Made by a program: the position numbers and the translations under genes. Shown here piece by piece: positions 34,866 to 45,586 of a DNA stretch of 64,000 bases. The notes under the pieces are model-generated. The model saw only the letters and a list, made by a program, of their open reading frames with translations. It did not search any database and was not told where the DNA came from. Position 1 is the first letter of the stretch, and each line of letters begins with the position of its first letter. This DNA is from a virus (Duplodnaviria; Caudoviricetes): the IMG/VR virus record IMGVR_UViG_3300021431_000084; one strand, written 5' to 3'.

Positions 34866-35921
34866 TTATGTACCTTCTTTAGTAAATTTATGACCACACA
34901 CTGGACATTCATCATCATATTTAGTTTTATCAACCGCTATATCACACATAGGGCACCAAGCCACTTTTTCCAAACAACATTCAGAACAAACAATCTTTGG
35001 CTCTTCTTCTCCAAATAAGTCAAGAGGAACTACTTCATTTTCATAAAATATTCCCTTACAGAAATGACATTGATAAGTTGCTGGTTTAGTGTTAGGTGTT
35101 AACTTATGTCCCTTACCATACGTATCATACCAATCATCTTCATCGTCCCAACCGGGATATGCATATGGAGTAGAATACTTGTACCATTTTCTCGCAAGTA
35201 TAACATTTTCAATATAAATATACTTCTTCAAATCTTTAGTATTCAAGATTTTACATACCTTATCAATTGTGTCATACATATCATCTACATTGAGAATTTC
35301 TGATATAGTATGCTCTCTTATATAACCAATAGAGAGATTAACTCCGGCGATACCCCATATAGGACACAAAATACTAATATCTGTAAAACTACCAAAGTTT
35401 TCCTTGAAGCCATAACTTTCAATAAAATTTACAAATTCCCTATTATCACAATCATAGAATACACAATCATCACTACCTCTACGGTCAAGTTGAATAAGGA
35501 ACTTTAAATCAGATACAGGCTTTTTTACTTCGTCTGCTAACTGAAATGCTCCCAATCCACCTACTTCTTCATTGGTAGTAAAGATGATCGATGGACGCAG
35601 TTTAGTTTGCTGAAGTATTTTCAAGATTGCAAACACTCCTGCCCTATCATCTGCACCCAATCCCTGTGGACTCCATATTACATTTTGTCTTGTATCATAA
35701 TAAATCTCTTCCGGGGGTGCCTTAAATACTGTATCCATATGAGCCAACAAACCAATAGGAACATCACCTACCGCATAGATATAATCTTCTGTTGCTATTA
35801 TCTTCTTATACTTTCTTTTAAGATGGGCGAACAAAAGATTTCTCAACTGCTCTTGCGTCAATTCAGCCAATGCTCTAAATAACTGATAGTCGTTTTCACT
35901 CATTATTTTCTTTTTGTTCAT
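34866..35921 (-). CDS. M28/M20-family zinc peptidase with C-terminal Zn fingers
   Basis: AHMDTV, GLGADDRAG, EEVGG.GA, QLDRRG, FTDI, EHT motifs. Confidence 0.85.
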   Translation of the reverse strand: MNKKKIMSENDYQLFRALAELTQEQLRNLLFAHLKRKYKKIIATEDYIYAVGDVPIGLLAHMDTVFKAPPEEIYYDTRQNVIWSPQGLGADDRAGVFAILKILQQTKLRPSIIFTTNEEVGGLGAFQLADEVKKPVSDLKFLIQLDRRGSDDCVFYDCDNREFVNFIESYGFKENFGSFTDISILCPIWGIAGVNLSIGYIREHTISEILNVDDMYDTIDKVCKILNTKDLKKYIYIENVILARKWYKYSTPYAYPGWDDEDDWYDTYGKGHKLTPNTKPATYQCHFCKGIFYENEVVPLDLFGEEEPKIVCSECCLEKVAWCPMCDIAVDKTKYDDECPVCGHKFTKEGT

Positions 35922-35924
35922 GTG

Positions 35925-36353
35925 TCACCACCAATCTGTATACATTACTACTTCTGTATCCCAATCAACTGTTTGCAAGGCATTTTCACATATCTTTATG
36001 GTATCCTCAAGAGACTTAAAATACCAATCATCATAATGTGTATCTCCGAAGAAAAAACCAGAAGAAGTGGGAAGAAGTTCTGGGGCTTTGTCAGGATGTT
36101 TGAGGACTTCTTCACAAGTTTCTTTTAACTGTTCGATATCCTCTTTAGAAACTTCAACATATTCACAATTTCCATCTTCCGGATAACCACAAACATCTAT
36201 AAACCATTTTCTGATAGCGTTAGCTTTTCTCCAATAACCAAGTTCCATAAAAACTTCATCGCAGTCTTCCCATTCTTCTTCTCCGGGAAGGGCTTCAAGA
36301 AAATCATTCACTATTTTACGATTACCACATTTTAGGTACATATCAAGCCCCAT
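35925..36353 (-). CDS. conserved phage hypothetical protein
   Basis: MGLDMYL, YWRKANAI..WF, LLPT..GFFFG. Confidence 0.75.
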   Translation of the reverse strand: MGLDMYLKCGNRKIVNDFLEALPGEEEWEDCDEVFMELGYWRKANAIRKWFIDVCGYPEDGNCEYVEVSKEDIEQLKETCEEVLKHPDKAPELLPTSSGFFFGDTHYDDWYFKSLEDTIKICENALQTVDWDTEVVMYTDWW

Positions 36354-36425
36354 AAACATATCTCCATTCTTATTTTTTTCTATATATATTATATCATAAA
36401 ATAAGTATCTTGTCAATTAAGATTT

Positions 36426-37235
36426 TTATGGTTGAGTATCTAAAGGGTATTTTTCAAAATATTTCTTTGCTTTCTCTGGATCTGCCATGCGGAACGCCAG
36501 GTCACACATGTGACATGTACCAGTCTTAGTACATTTTTGACCGCAGAACATACGGGTTCTTGTAAATTCTGGAATTATCATTCGATTTGCGGCGTCCTTG
36601 TCCCCGAGATTATTGATGATCTGGGACAAATTTCCCGGCCACTCGTGTTCTTCTGCATAAATTCTATACAATGCTCTTTCTTTCTTGAGCCAGCTATCCA
36701 AATCCTTGTCAACTGATGGGAAGAACTCAACAACGGAAATATATTCATTATAGAGGGCCAGATCCTCCGGTCTTATCCACGGGCCGCACAATCCATCTGC
36801 TCTCGGTAACCCATCTACATTTGCTTCATTGGCATATACTCTTACTTCTGGTCTATCCGGTAAATGTTCCAAATCAAAAAAGAGAGGTGCCGTAATATAT
36901 ACATATACTACTCCAAGTTCGCGTAGGGCCTGGAGATCATAATAGTTAGAAACTGGTCGTGCGTGATAGAAGTCAATTCTTTCTTCTTTCGCCTTTAAGC
37001 AGTCTTGAATATTATCAAGACAAAGTACAAAACCTTTTTTCTTAACACTATTCAAGGCTTTAATTTCTTTCCAATCAATTTTATCATTATTTCTATCGTG
37101 TCTTAATATGATAGTTGCTTTTGGGTATTCATCAAAATAAGACTTAATACCTTTTCTATCACCATACATAAACATGATTTCATCTGCTTTAGCTAAATAT
37201 TCTTTTGTTTGCTTTGCTGATAAACAAAACTTCAT
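36426..37235 (-). CDS. U32-peptidase-like/TIM-barrel protein
   Basis: WIRPEDL..Y and R..C.Q.C....C..C C-terminus. Confidence 0.5.
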   Translation of the reverse strand: MKFCLSAKQTKEYLAKADEIMFMYGDRKGIKSYFDEYPKATIILRHDRNNDKIDWKEIKALNSVKKKGFVLCLDNIQDCLKAKEERIDFYHARPVSNYYDLQALRELGVVYVYITAPLFFDLEHLPDRPEVRVYANEANVDGLPRADGLCGPWIRPEDLALYNEYISVVEFFPSVDKDLDSWLKKERALYRIYAEEHEWPGNLSQIINNLGDKDAANRMIIPEFTRTRMFCGQKCTKTGTCHMCDLAFRMADPEKAKKYFEKYPLDTQP

Positions 37236-37462
37236 TCCTTTACCTCCTTTTCAATACGGGATTTCATTTCTTCTACCCCTCTCGTATATCCTTCAAAATA
37301 GCCTTGGTCATATGCAATCTTTCTCACAGCCTCAATATACTCTAAGGCTTCTTCTGATAAAATTTCTGTGCATATGGGGGCATTTTCAGTAACGGTTGCG
37401 GGCATACCATGATTTAATAATTCCATAACTGCTTTATATTTGTCCATATTATTCCTCCTCAT
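37232..37462 (-). CDS. hypothetical protein
   Basis: AYDQGYFEGY..G motif. Confidence 0.6.
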   Translation of the reverse strand: MRRNNMDKYKAVMELLNHGMPATVTENAPICTEILSEEALEYIEAVRKIAYDQGYFEGYTRGVEEMKSRIEKEVKE

Positions 37463-37516
37463 ACTCGAAAAGGGGTCTCAGGTGAGACCCCTCATTGATT
37501 TGATATTTAAGACCTA

Positions 37517-37939
37517 TCAAGCAATCTTGTAAGCCTTAACAGTTCTTGCTCTCTTACCCTCGCCGCCGGGGATCTTTACATCAGTCTTCTCAGCCTTGCC
37601 AGCTTCAACAAGTGCGTTCAATCTGTATGTAACCTTAGCGATTGTAGCGTTAGGGTCTTCGATCTTTGCAGCGATGTCAGCGATTGTTACGAAATCCTCT
37701 GTAAGAGCAGCAGCAACAGCCTCTGCAAGTGCATCAGGCTCAGCAGCCTTCTCAGCCTTTCTTGCCTTAGCCTTAGCAGCTGTGTTGTCGAGCAACTCGA
37801 TCTCATGCTTAGCGAATGTAGCAAGAGCCTCAGCAGGAACCTCTACCTTAGCACCCTCTGCATCTGTGTAAGCAAACTCGCCATTCTCAACATAGTTTAC
37901 GATTGCTGTAAATACGTTTCTCTTTGTGAACTTCTCCAT
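37517..37939 (-). CDS. winged-helix DNA-binding protein (divergent paralog)
   Basis: T.ADIA....T..KV..RL..LV..G...K; biased codons. Confidence 0.65.
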   Translation of the reverse strand: MEKFTKRNVFTAIVNYVENGEFAYTDAEGAKVEVPAEALATFAKHEIELLDNTAAKAKARKAEKAAEPDALAEAVAAALTEDFVTIADIAAKIEDPNATIAKVTYRLNALVEAGKAEKTDVKIPGGEGKRARTVKAYKIA

Positions 37940-38129
37940 TGTTTTTACCTTTTTAACCTTTCTTTTTTGTTTTTCTTTTATATTTATATTATATCATTTT
38001 TTTACTTCTTTGTCAATGACTTTTTTATTATCTTGTCAAAGAAGTTCACTCTTTGTAAAAAGTATATCTTTCTTACTTTTTACACTTATATTATAACATT
38101 TTTTTGTTTCTTTGTCAAGAAAGTTTTTT

Positions 38130-39914
38130 TTATGCTGCCTCTGTTTTGATAACGAAGTCAGCAAATTCCTTTCCAGCGGCTTTAACCTTAGAAGCTTGAG
38201 TATCAAGACAAGTGCTACTCAGATTCTCGGCACCATAAATTTTTACAAACTCATTATCACCGTTCAGAAGTGCTTCCCAGCAATAACTTGAGATGTAGTA
38301 AGAACGTTCAGTTCTCCAGAAGGAACAAAATTTATCTACAATTTCTCTACCCAAATCGGTCAATTCATCAGTGAATACCAAATAAGTTTCATTTAAAAGG
38401 TAATCCTGCATTGCTCTATTTATACCATAACCCTGTCTAAGTCTACCTATCGAGTGAACAGCAGTGCAGAATTTAGCCATATATTCAGATGTATTATTAT
38501 TTAACTTGTCCCAATCCAAATCAAGAGAAGTTATTTTATTATTCTCTCTATCATAGATTATAATTTTATCAGAATTGGCAAGTAATTCTCCCTCATTGAA
38601 GGGATCTTCTGGCATATCTTCATAGCAGCTATCACAATAATAACAACCATCTACATAGTGCAAATCTTCCAAATTGTATTCCCAATGTCCGCATTTTTCA
38701 CAGTAAAACTTCTCAGGAGCGCAGTCTTCACATACGAGAGAACTACCCTCTCCATCATCATCGGGGTGTCCATATTCACCACAAGCCATGCAAATGAAAT
38801 CACCAGAGTATCCACAATACAATCTATCTCCACTATGGTCTCCATTGGTTATATAGTAGAAATGACGAGTATATGCTTCTTCAATATCGTTGTACATGAA
38901 TTGTGTATCGAACTGGACACTCTCATAACCACCAAAATTATAGCCGTCATTAGGATTCCACTTGCTATACTTTTCCTTGAAATTAGTCCAACCAATATTC
39001 TTTTCTACAAGTTCTCTAATCCATCTAAGACAACCAAGAGTGAGTTCATCATTCTCATAAGGATATGACTTAATATTCATAATAAGTTCAGGATTAACAA
39101 TGAACAACTCACGCCACTTCTTGCTATTCCACTCGCCAGAAGCATCAGGCATAGGCATGCTCTCGCTCTTAGACTTAAAGTAACCGACAAGAACCATACC
39201 AGAGTTCATCATTTCAACTGTACCAGCTCTATAACAACCGCAATCCTGCCATGACATACAAGAAGACCAGTTGTTCTCATTATCACTCATTGTCATATAG
39301 TCCAAAGGGTGAATAGAAAGACAAAGTGTACCCTCAAGCTTTGAAGTATTCAAAGCCATTGAATGGTCAATTCTGAACTTCTCAAAACCCGCTTCAATTC
39401 CAAGCCACTTTACCAACTTGCCAATAAAAGGTACGACCTTAGAACCCTTTTGGACAGAGAACTTCTTAACCTCTCCTTCGGGATTGGTAACCATAAGAGT
39501 AAGAGGGCGTTCAAATCTGTTCGTAGAAAGAGTGTGAGTTCTTGTAATGTCCTCAAGATACCAACGAGGACAATTAACACAAGTTATTCTCTGATCTTCG
39601 TCTGACCAACTATCTGTAAAACTTCTAAGGGTTTCAATAAAAGGATAGTTAGAAGTAAGAACATTTACCATTCTATCTTCAGTATATTCGATAGGCTCTG
39701 AAAAAACAAAAGGCTTTTCAAGAATAAAATTATTGCCGAGCAATCTATAAAGATACTCGTCCTTCATCTCTGCCCAACCACGCATAAGATATTCAAGTGA
39801 AGCAGTTCTATCACGCCCCTGCAACGCATAGGCGTTGATATATGCATCCATCATCTTCTTCTCATTCTCAGGAATAGCTTCAAACAAATTCATATCAAAT
39901 ACCTTCTTTATCAT
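38130..39914 (-). CDS. conserved phage protein, paralog of 33507-34865
   Basis: EGTLCLSIHPLDY.TMSDN...W.SC...G.YRAG, KKWR, YP and Cys clusters. Confidence 0.75.
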   Translation of the reverse strand: MIKKVFDMNLFEAIPENEKKMMDAYINAYALQGRDRTASLEYLMRGWAEMKDEYLYRLLGNNFILEKPFVFSEPIEYTEDRMVNVLTSNYPFIETLRSFTDSWSDEDQRITCVNCPRWYLEDITRTHTLSTNRFERPLTLMVTNPEGEVKKFSVQKGSKVVPFIGKLVKWLGIEAGFEKFRIDHSMALNTSKLEGTLCLSIHPLDYMTMSDNENNWSSCMSWQDCGCYRAGTVEMMNSGMVLVGYFKSKSESMPMPDASGEWNSKKWRELFIVNPELIMNIKSYPYENDELTLGCLRWIRELVEKNIGWTNFKEKYSKWNPNDGYNFGGYESVQFDTQFMYNDIEEAYTRHFYYITNGDHSGDRLYCGYSGDFICMACGEYGHPDDDGEGSSLVCEDCAPEKFYCEKCGHWEYNLEDLHYVDGCYYCDSCYEDMPEDPFNEGELLANSDKIIIYDRENNKITSLDLDWDKLNNNTSEYMAKFCTAVHSIGRLRQGYGINRAMQDYLLNETYLVFTDELTDLGREIVDKFCSFWRTERSYYISSYCWEALLNGDNEFVKIYGAENLSSTCLDTQASKVKAAGKEFADFVIKTEAA

Positions 39915-40141
39915 TTTTCATATATATATTATATCATAAAAATTAAGAGTTGTCAATAAAGATTTAAACCGCCACTTAAAATGGCGGTTTATGATTGGTT
40001 AATCCCAAATAGGGATCCAATGGCCGCAAGCTGGGCATACAAAGTGCGGCCATGGCTCTACCCAGATCTCGTAATCTTCATATTCCCAAAGTCTTCCGCA
40101 AGTACATTCTTTTACATACTTCATTTTACTTCACCTTCTTT

Positions 40142-40852
40142 TTATTTGCACTCGCTGCATCGCGTGAGCACGGTCTGGTGCACGTTTCTATAAGTCTTAT
40201 GTTCTTTTACAGTTCCTCTTATATTCTTTTTGGAACCTACTGCCCAATCTTTAGTTGTTGTTGTCCAAACAAACACATTGCCGTCATCAGATCGCATTAC
40301 GTGCATGTGCTGGATCCCGTAGTAACCTTCAAGTGTGATATTCTTCTCAACTATTACTTCAACAACAATTCTCTCTCCAATTGTTCCAACGAACTGGGAC
40401 TCATCTTCAGGATAAAGAAGAGAATCAAGGTAAACCTTAATCTCACTTTCCTTTTTGAGAGTTTCATCATTGACAGCTACCTTTTCCCACTCAACCTTCT
40501 TGAGTGTAAGACCTTCGGGAAATGCCAACTTATCAACATCAATATCACTTATGAAATACCAGTTGAAAAGATTGTTAAATCTACCACCGTGCTCCTTGAT
40601 CCAGTCCTTGTGATCGTAGGACTCGCCGCACACTATGTTTATATATCCCTTATCAAAACCAAGAATGTTCTTCAAAGGCTTTAACTTCTTAACTACTTCT
40701 TCTTCTGGGTACATCTTAGCATACTGAGCTTCAGTATACCATCTAACCTTCTTTTTTGTATCTACATTTATATAGATATATACATAAGACTTTCCATTTT
40801 CTATGAAAGGTTCTCCTACGATTGTATACTTCTGATAAGATTTAGCTACCAT
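40142..40852 (-). CDS. putative OB-fold nucleic-acid-binding protein
   Basis: S.FVG.IGER...DGNVFVW.T...GTVKEH..Y....QT.LTRC. Confidence 0.55.
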   Translation of the reverse strand: MVAKSYQKYTIVGEPFIENGKSYVYIYINVDTKKKVRWYTEAQYAKMYPEEEVVKKLKPLKNILGFDKGYINIVCGESYDHKDWIKEHGGRFNNLFNWYFISDIDVDKLAFPEGLTLKKVEWEKVAVNDETLKKESEIKVYLDSLLYPEDESQFVGTIGERIVVEVIVEKNITLEGYYGIQHMHVMRSDDGNVFVWTTTTKDWAVGSKKNIRGTVKEHKTYRNVHQTVLTRCSECK

Positions 40853-41046
40853 ATTAAAAACCTCACTTTCATTTTCTATATATATTATAGCATAAAAAGT
40901 GAGGTTTGTCAATATAAATTTATTTAATACGACTTTTTCGTTGTCGCAAATAATCCTTGAGATAATACTTCGCCCAAGTTAAAAACTCTATTAACCCATA
41001 GAAAGCAAAACCGCCCATAAGAGCTAATATCAAAAATACAAGTAAC

Positions 41047-41241
41047 TCATTTGTTGTCATAGCTATATCTATACAAGTCTACACAAGTAATAAAAAACCA
41101 TAATCCAGTAGTTATAAACCACGCAATACCACCCTGTCCGCTAATCATATCCCGCAAAGCAGTATAGAGGTTTAACATAAATAATAAACTATCAAGTCCT
41201 AACTTTAAGCATATGAACAAATAAGTTTTAATATCATTCAC
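41047..41241 (-). CDS. small membrane protein
   Basis: two hydrophobic helices. Confidence 0.5.
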   Translation of the reverse strand: MNDIKTYLFICLKLGLDSLLFMLNLYTALRDMISGQGGIAWFITTGLWFFITCVDLYRYSYDNK

Positions 41242-41461
41242 CGTCTTTTACCTCCACTACAAGAGCTCCAAATGTTACCTCATGTTCATTAACATATTTA
41301 GTAGTACACAGATCTCCAACTATTGTCATATCCAAAAGCCAATAGGGCATATCACAAAGAAAACCTCTGTAAGCTGGCTCTTTCTCATCATCTTCTGGTT
41401 TCCACACTATGATATTAGTATCGAACATATCAAAAAGTTTAAGTAATTTTCTTAATTTCAT
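41234..41461 (-). CDS. small phage paralog family
   Basis: MKL..LL...Y.G...DMPY. Confidence 0.6.
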   Translation of the reverse strand: MKLRKLLKLFDMFDTNIIVWKPEDDEKEPAYRGFLCDMPYWLLDMTIVGDLCTTKYVNEHEVTFGALVVEVKDGE

Positions 41462-41463
41462 AT

Positions 41464-41919
41464 TTAAATCTCCTCTTCACATACCGGACACTCATGTCCA
41501 TTCTCTACAAACAACTCGGGATAATCAGCGAATAGGATCGGCTCGCCGCACTCAGGACACTCGAACCATAGATCCGCAGTAGCTACTTCATTCTCATCGT
41601 CATAGCAAGACCGCACACCATAAGTATCAATCATATACTTCACATACTCTTCTGGCGTCTTTATGTTTTCTCCTTTTAAATCTACCTCTTTTGAGATAAT
41701 TGTATAATTATGGAATTCTCTATTATTCTCATTGTCAACAAGAATAACCTCTGTTCCTTCTTCGGTTTCATTTAATTTCAGTTTTGTAGCTTCAACATTA
41801 ACATCTACCTTATCATTGATAAAGTAAAGATCAAAAGCACCATTTATTGCTTCCTCTTTTGTAGCATAAGCACCAAGATAGTCATTGTAATTGTCTACTA
41901 TAATAAAAATATAATCCAT
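41464..41919 (-). CDS. hypothetical Zn-ribbon protein
   Basis: CPECGEP...CPVC. Confidence 0.65.
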   Translation of the reverse strand: MDYIFIIVDNYNDYLGAYATKEEAINGAFDLYFINDKVDVNVEATKLKLNETEEGTEVILVDNENNREFHNYTIISKEVDLKGENIKTPEEYVKYMIDTYGVRSCYDDENEVATADLWFECPECGEPILFADYPELFVENGHECPVCEEEI

Positions 41920-42391
41920 AAAACTTTAAACCTCACTTTTATTTTCTTATATATATTATATCATAAAAACAGGGCATTGTAAAGTAAGATTTTATTGATG
42001 AACATATGCTTCACATCTTCTGGGGTAGACTGTGCCCGCACATTCCTCTCCATATCTACAAGTGCCCTTGTCATTATAATGACAGCCAACGCAAAATTGT
42101 TTTACTTTTTCATTAGTTTCCATTACACTTCTTCCTTAATTCTATCTACTACTTTGTTTGCCTTCATTTCAAACACGCGTTCTCTTCCATCAGAAGTGGT
42201 TATTACAGAATAATCAGGGTTCCTCACATAAGGACGAATGGAAGTTATTTGCGTAACATTTACATATTCATCACCACATAAAAGAAATTTCATATCCAAT
42301 TTTACCTCTTTTTCATTTTTCTATATATATTATATCATAAAAAAGAATTTTTGTCAATAAAAATCTCCGGGTTTAATCCCGGAGCTCTTAT

Positions 42392-42730
42392 CTACTTAGT
42401 AGAAGCAATTATAATTCTCTCATTTTCATCATCGGGTAGATTGATATGCCTGTAATTATATGGATCTATGAGGTTTGGGTCTACTTCCTGCCCATCTATA
42501 TAGAAAGTATATCCATGTTCAATTCCATAATCATATATTTCTTTTCGGGAAGGAATGTCAAAAACCCAATAGCCAACACCACAAATAAGCATCAAAGCTG
42601 TTGCAATACAACCAATAGTCATAGCAAAATTACTATCAAATATTAAACCAATAGCAAACACTATGAGAGCCACTACCATAAATACTAACAAACCCAAGCC
42701 AAAAAAGGCACAAATATAAGTATAAACCAT
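42392..42730 (-). CDS. membrane protein
   Basis: two TM helices. Confidence 0.6.
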   Translation of the reverse strand: MVYTYICAFFGLGLLVFMVVALIVFAIGLIFDSNFAMTIGCIATALMLICGVGYWVFDIPSRKEIYDYGIEHGYTFYIDGQEVDPNLIDPYNYRHINLPDDENERIIIASTK

Positions 42731-42739
42731 ATATCCTCC

Positions 42740-43192
42740 TTAATCCCAAAGATTTCTATAAGCGTTATCTAACATATCAAGACCGAGCGTATATTCTATA
42801 TCCGCTGCATTAGAAAGCTCTTCCAAAAGTGAAGCATTAAATGGCTCCTCGTAGTAGTCATCATACTCTTGTGCCTTCTTAAAATGATCCACTATTTTTA
42901 AAAGATACTGAGTCCACTCTTCATCATCTTTTATTTTTGTACCATCTTTAAGATAAACAGCATAACCCATATGATTTTCTGCAAGATTAGACAATGCGGC
43001 AATTATCAAATTTGTATGATAAACATCAAAATTCCACACATCTAAATCACAATAGCCACGAGTGGCTCTTTGCCATGCCCATTTTATTCTTCTGAAGAAA
43101 TCTACAATATTCTTGCCCCAATTTCTTGGGTATCTCCAATAAAGCCAATTATGCTTAAAGACATTTAAGTTATCTTCTTGTGGTATCATCAT
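42740..43192 (-). CDS. conserved phage hypothetical protein
   Basis: WQRA.RGY.D.D.W...LWD. Confidence 0.7.
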   Translation of the reverse strand: MMIPQEDNLNVFKHNWLYWRYPRNWGKNIVDFFRRIKWAWQRATRGYCDLDVWNFDVYHTNLIIAALSNLAENHMGYAVYLKDGTKIKDDEEWTQYLLKIVDHFKKAQEYDDYYEEPFNASLLEELSNAADIEYTLGLDMLDNAYRNLWD

Positions 43193-43611
43193 ACTTCTCC
43201 TAATCTATCAAAGTATTCTTCAGAGAGGTGATAATTGTCCACCCCTCTAAGTAACTTCTGCGGCACGCCGGTCTTGCGATAATCACGTACACACTCACGA
43301 GGATTTTCGGAACGCCAGACCGCACAATCAACAGTTATAAACTTGTTCATTATCTCCCATAACTTCCAATTACAATTCTTGCCATAATACTCGAAACGAT
43401 AATCCTTATAATATCCAGTTGCCTTATCAAATACTCTCATTCTGCAATATAAGATACCACCAGAATTATCGTCCCACTTCAAAAAGTGGGTTCCACCCTG
43501 TCTGATCTCAAATCTGCCGAGCCAGAGTTCATCTCTCTTTATATCTCTATTTACTCCCTTAAGAGCAGAAGCTAAATTCTTCTGATACTTCTTTCTCATT
43601 CTATTCTTCAT
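43189..43611 (-). CDS. hypothetical protein
   Basis: 140 aa basic ORF. Confidence 0.6.
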   Translation of the reverse strand: MKNRMRKKYQKNLASALKGVNRDIKRDELWLGRFEIRQGGTHFLKWDDNSGGILYCRMRVFDKATGYYKDYRFEYYGKNCNWKLWEIMNKFITVDCAVWRSENPRECVRDYRKTGVPQKLLRGVDNYHLSEEYFDRLGEV

Positions 43612-43612
43612 T

Positions 43613-43921
43613 TCAAATCATCTCCCATACATATTTATACAAAAAATTATCTACATCTTCCTTTGTCACTGGTAAACCTGTGAAGGCATTAATTCCCGGA
43701 GCACCTACCGTACCTTCAACATCATATTCATCAATCAGATTTTTAATAAGATCAGCTACAAAAGGTTTCTTCTCATTAGCAAGAGCTCTATCATAACTTA
43801 CATTTCTACCATTAACATAGTGATCTTTAAAAAGAACCTTTTTTGTATCTGTATCTTCAATCTTAACCTTGAAACTATCTGCCTTTTTACCCAAACTTAC
43901 AGTCCATGTCAATAATCTCAT
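43613..43921 (-). CDS. hypothetical protein
   Basis: 102 aa ORF with promoter. Confidence 0.6.
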   Translation of the reverse strand: MRLLTWTVSLGKKADSFKVKIEDTDTKKVLFKDHYVNGRNVSYDRALANEKKPFVADLIKNLIDEYDVEGTVGAPGINAFTGLPVTKEDVDNFLYKYVWEMI

Positions 43922-44044
43922 ATTAAAATCACCTTCTTTATCTTTTCTATGTATATTATAACATAAAATGCGGCCTTTGTCAATGAGGATTTTTTATACT
44001 AGAACAGGGGATCACATGGACCCCCTGCCGCACTTTTTCTTATT

Positions 44045-44521
44045 CTACTTTTGGTCAGTTATATCCTTAATAGTAGGATTTTCTCCAACTTCGATACCAC
44101 AGTAGAGATAAGTATCCTTACAATACTTGTCATCATATGCAATAGCGTCAAGGATTTCTTCCAAAGAACATACATAGCTACGTGCCTGCTTGAATTCGTT
44201 ACGCTGTTCAACATAATCTTCAATATCGGAGTAAACCTCGTCAATAGCGACCATCTTATCTTCAACAGAATTATTACACTCTGTAATCAACTTGATTTTC
44301 TGCTCAAGTCCTACGATTTTATCGTTATACACTTCAATGCGATTGTCGATCTTTTCTATGAGATACATCAAGTCTTTTACAGTTATTGCGGCGATCTTCT
44401 CATAGGGAGCATTAAAATACTTCTCGAAGAAGTCATAAATTGCATTGCATCTGGAAAATACTCCAATAGGAAGAAATTCATTGGAATTAGACCTTATAAA
44501 AAACTGAATATACTGTGACAT
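44045..44521 (-). CDS. coiled-coil hypothetical protein
   Basis: 158 aa ORF, GGAGG RBS. Confidence 0.65.
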   Translation of the reverse strand: MSQYIQFFIRSNSNEFLPIGVFSRCNAIYDFFEKYFNAPYEKIAAITVKDLMYLIEKIDNRIEVYNDKIVGLEQKIKLITECNNSVEDKMVAIDEVYSDIEDYVEQRNEFKQARSYVCSLEEILDAIAYDDKYCKDTYLYCGIEVGENPTIKDITDQK

Positions 44522-44548
44522 ATTTACCTCCTTAAGAGCCGCAGACTC

Positions 44549-45046
44549 TTACCAATTCTGCTTAACCTTCAGACCCCAAGTACCGCACTTCTTACAACCG
44601 CAGCGTTCAGGTTCTCTGACTGTCTTACACATTCTACTATAACCCCCGATGACACCACAATTAGGACAAATGATGTCGTACTTATTCTTAACCTCGGTGT
44701 GTCTTTCAACTTCACCTGAAGCCTTGGTAAGGGAACAACCCAACCGGCCGCACATTCTCTTGAAAACCGCGTCATGTCCATGAGATTTTTTTGTAAGTTC
44801 TGTTACGATTGCATGAGCAGCCTCGTGAAGGATTACCTCATGGATAGAGTCGTCAGTAGCAGTTTCAATGAGCTGCTTGGAAAACTCGGCTCTTTCGGGG
44901 ATAAGGTCATTACCCTTCCAGTCGCTTATAACTCTTGCGTGAGTACGAGTAAGTCTGCCATTAAGAGAAACAGGAATTTCTCTTGTCATCCCACCTTTGC
45001 GGCAAGCCTCATAAAACTCATTCTTAATTCTATCAATATCATACAT
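44549..45046 (-). CDS. SprT-like zinc metalloprotease
   Basis: RL.RT, HEAAH, HGH..FK, CPNC...C..C. Confidence 0.85.
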   Translation of the reverse strand: MYDIDRIKNEFYEACRKGGMTREIPVSLNGRLTRTHARVISDWKGNDLIPERAEFSKQLIETATDDSIHEVILHEAAHAIVTELTKKSHGHDAVFKRMCGRLGCSLTKASGEVERHTEVKNKYDIICPNCGVIGGYSRMCKTVREPERCGCKKCGTWGLKVKQNW

Positions 45047-45132
45047 ACTTAAATTTACCTCTTTTATTTTTCTTACATATATATTATACCATAAATTTAA
45101 GCTGCCGTCAATATAGATTTTTTATAAACAAT

Positions 45133-45566
45133 GATAGGGAGGTTTGCAACCCTCCCTATCCGAGCAATATTGGTTTACCAGACCTGCATTTATGAACATA
45201 TATTGCTAAATGCCCATCGACCTCCTTTTACCCACAGTCGACGCGGGGCAAATCGTTTCACCGTTGCTAAGCGTGTGATCTTCAGTAACCCTCTCGTCAC
45301 ATGGAGCGGGACCTCTTTTGGTATTAGGTTAGGCAGACCTAAATAGGTTTTTTCCCGTTTCCGCGGATGGACGAACCTATAAGAACCGAGTGGGAAGGGA
45401 GTTTTATGGATAACTCCCAACAGAAACCTCAAGTTTATTTTAGCCTCTCTAACCTACTTGTAAAGATCGAGGGTTCCATCGCATTTGTAAAGGTTTAGCG
45501 TCCACGAGCCTTGGGATGTGCGGATTAGGATCGACGGGTCGGTCTATGTGGGGGCCGCCACCCAAT
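45133..45566 (-). ncRNA. ~430-nt GC-rich structured non-coding region
   Basis: no credible ORF, many hairpins, ends in GATAGGGAGG/CCTCCCTATC hairpin. Confidence 0.5.
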
Positions 45567-45586
45567 TTGATAGGGCGTAAGCCCTA

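Noticed and set aside
45255-45290. CTGAAGA...GAAAC as a hammerhead ribozyme core
   Set aside because: The base pair closing stem II is T-T and I could not find stems I and III
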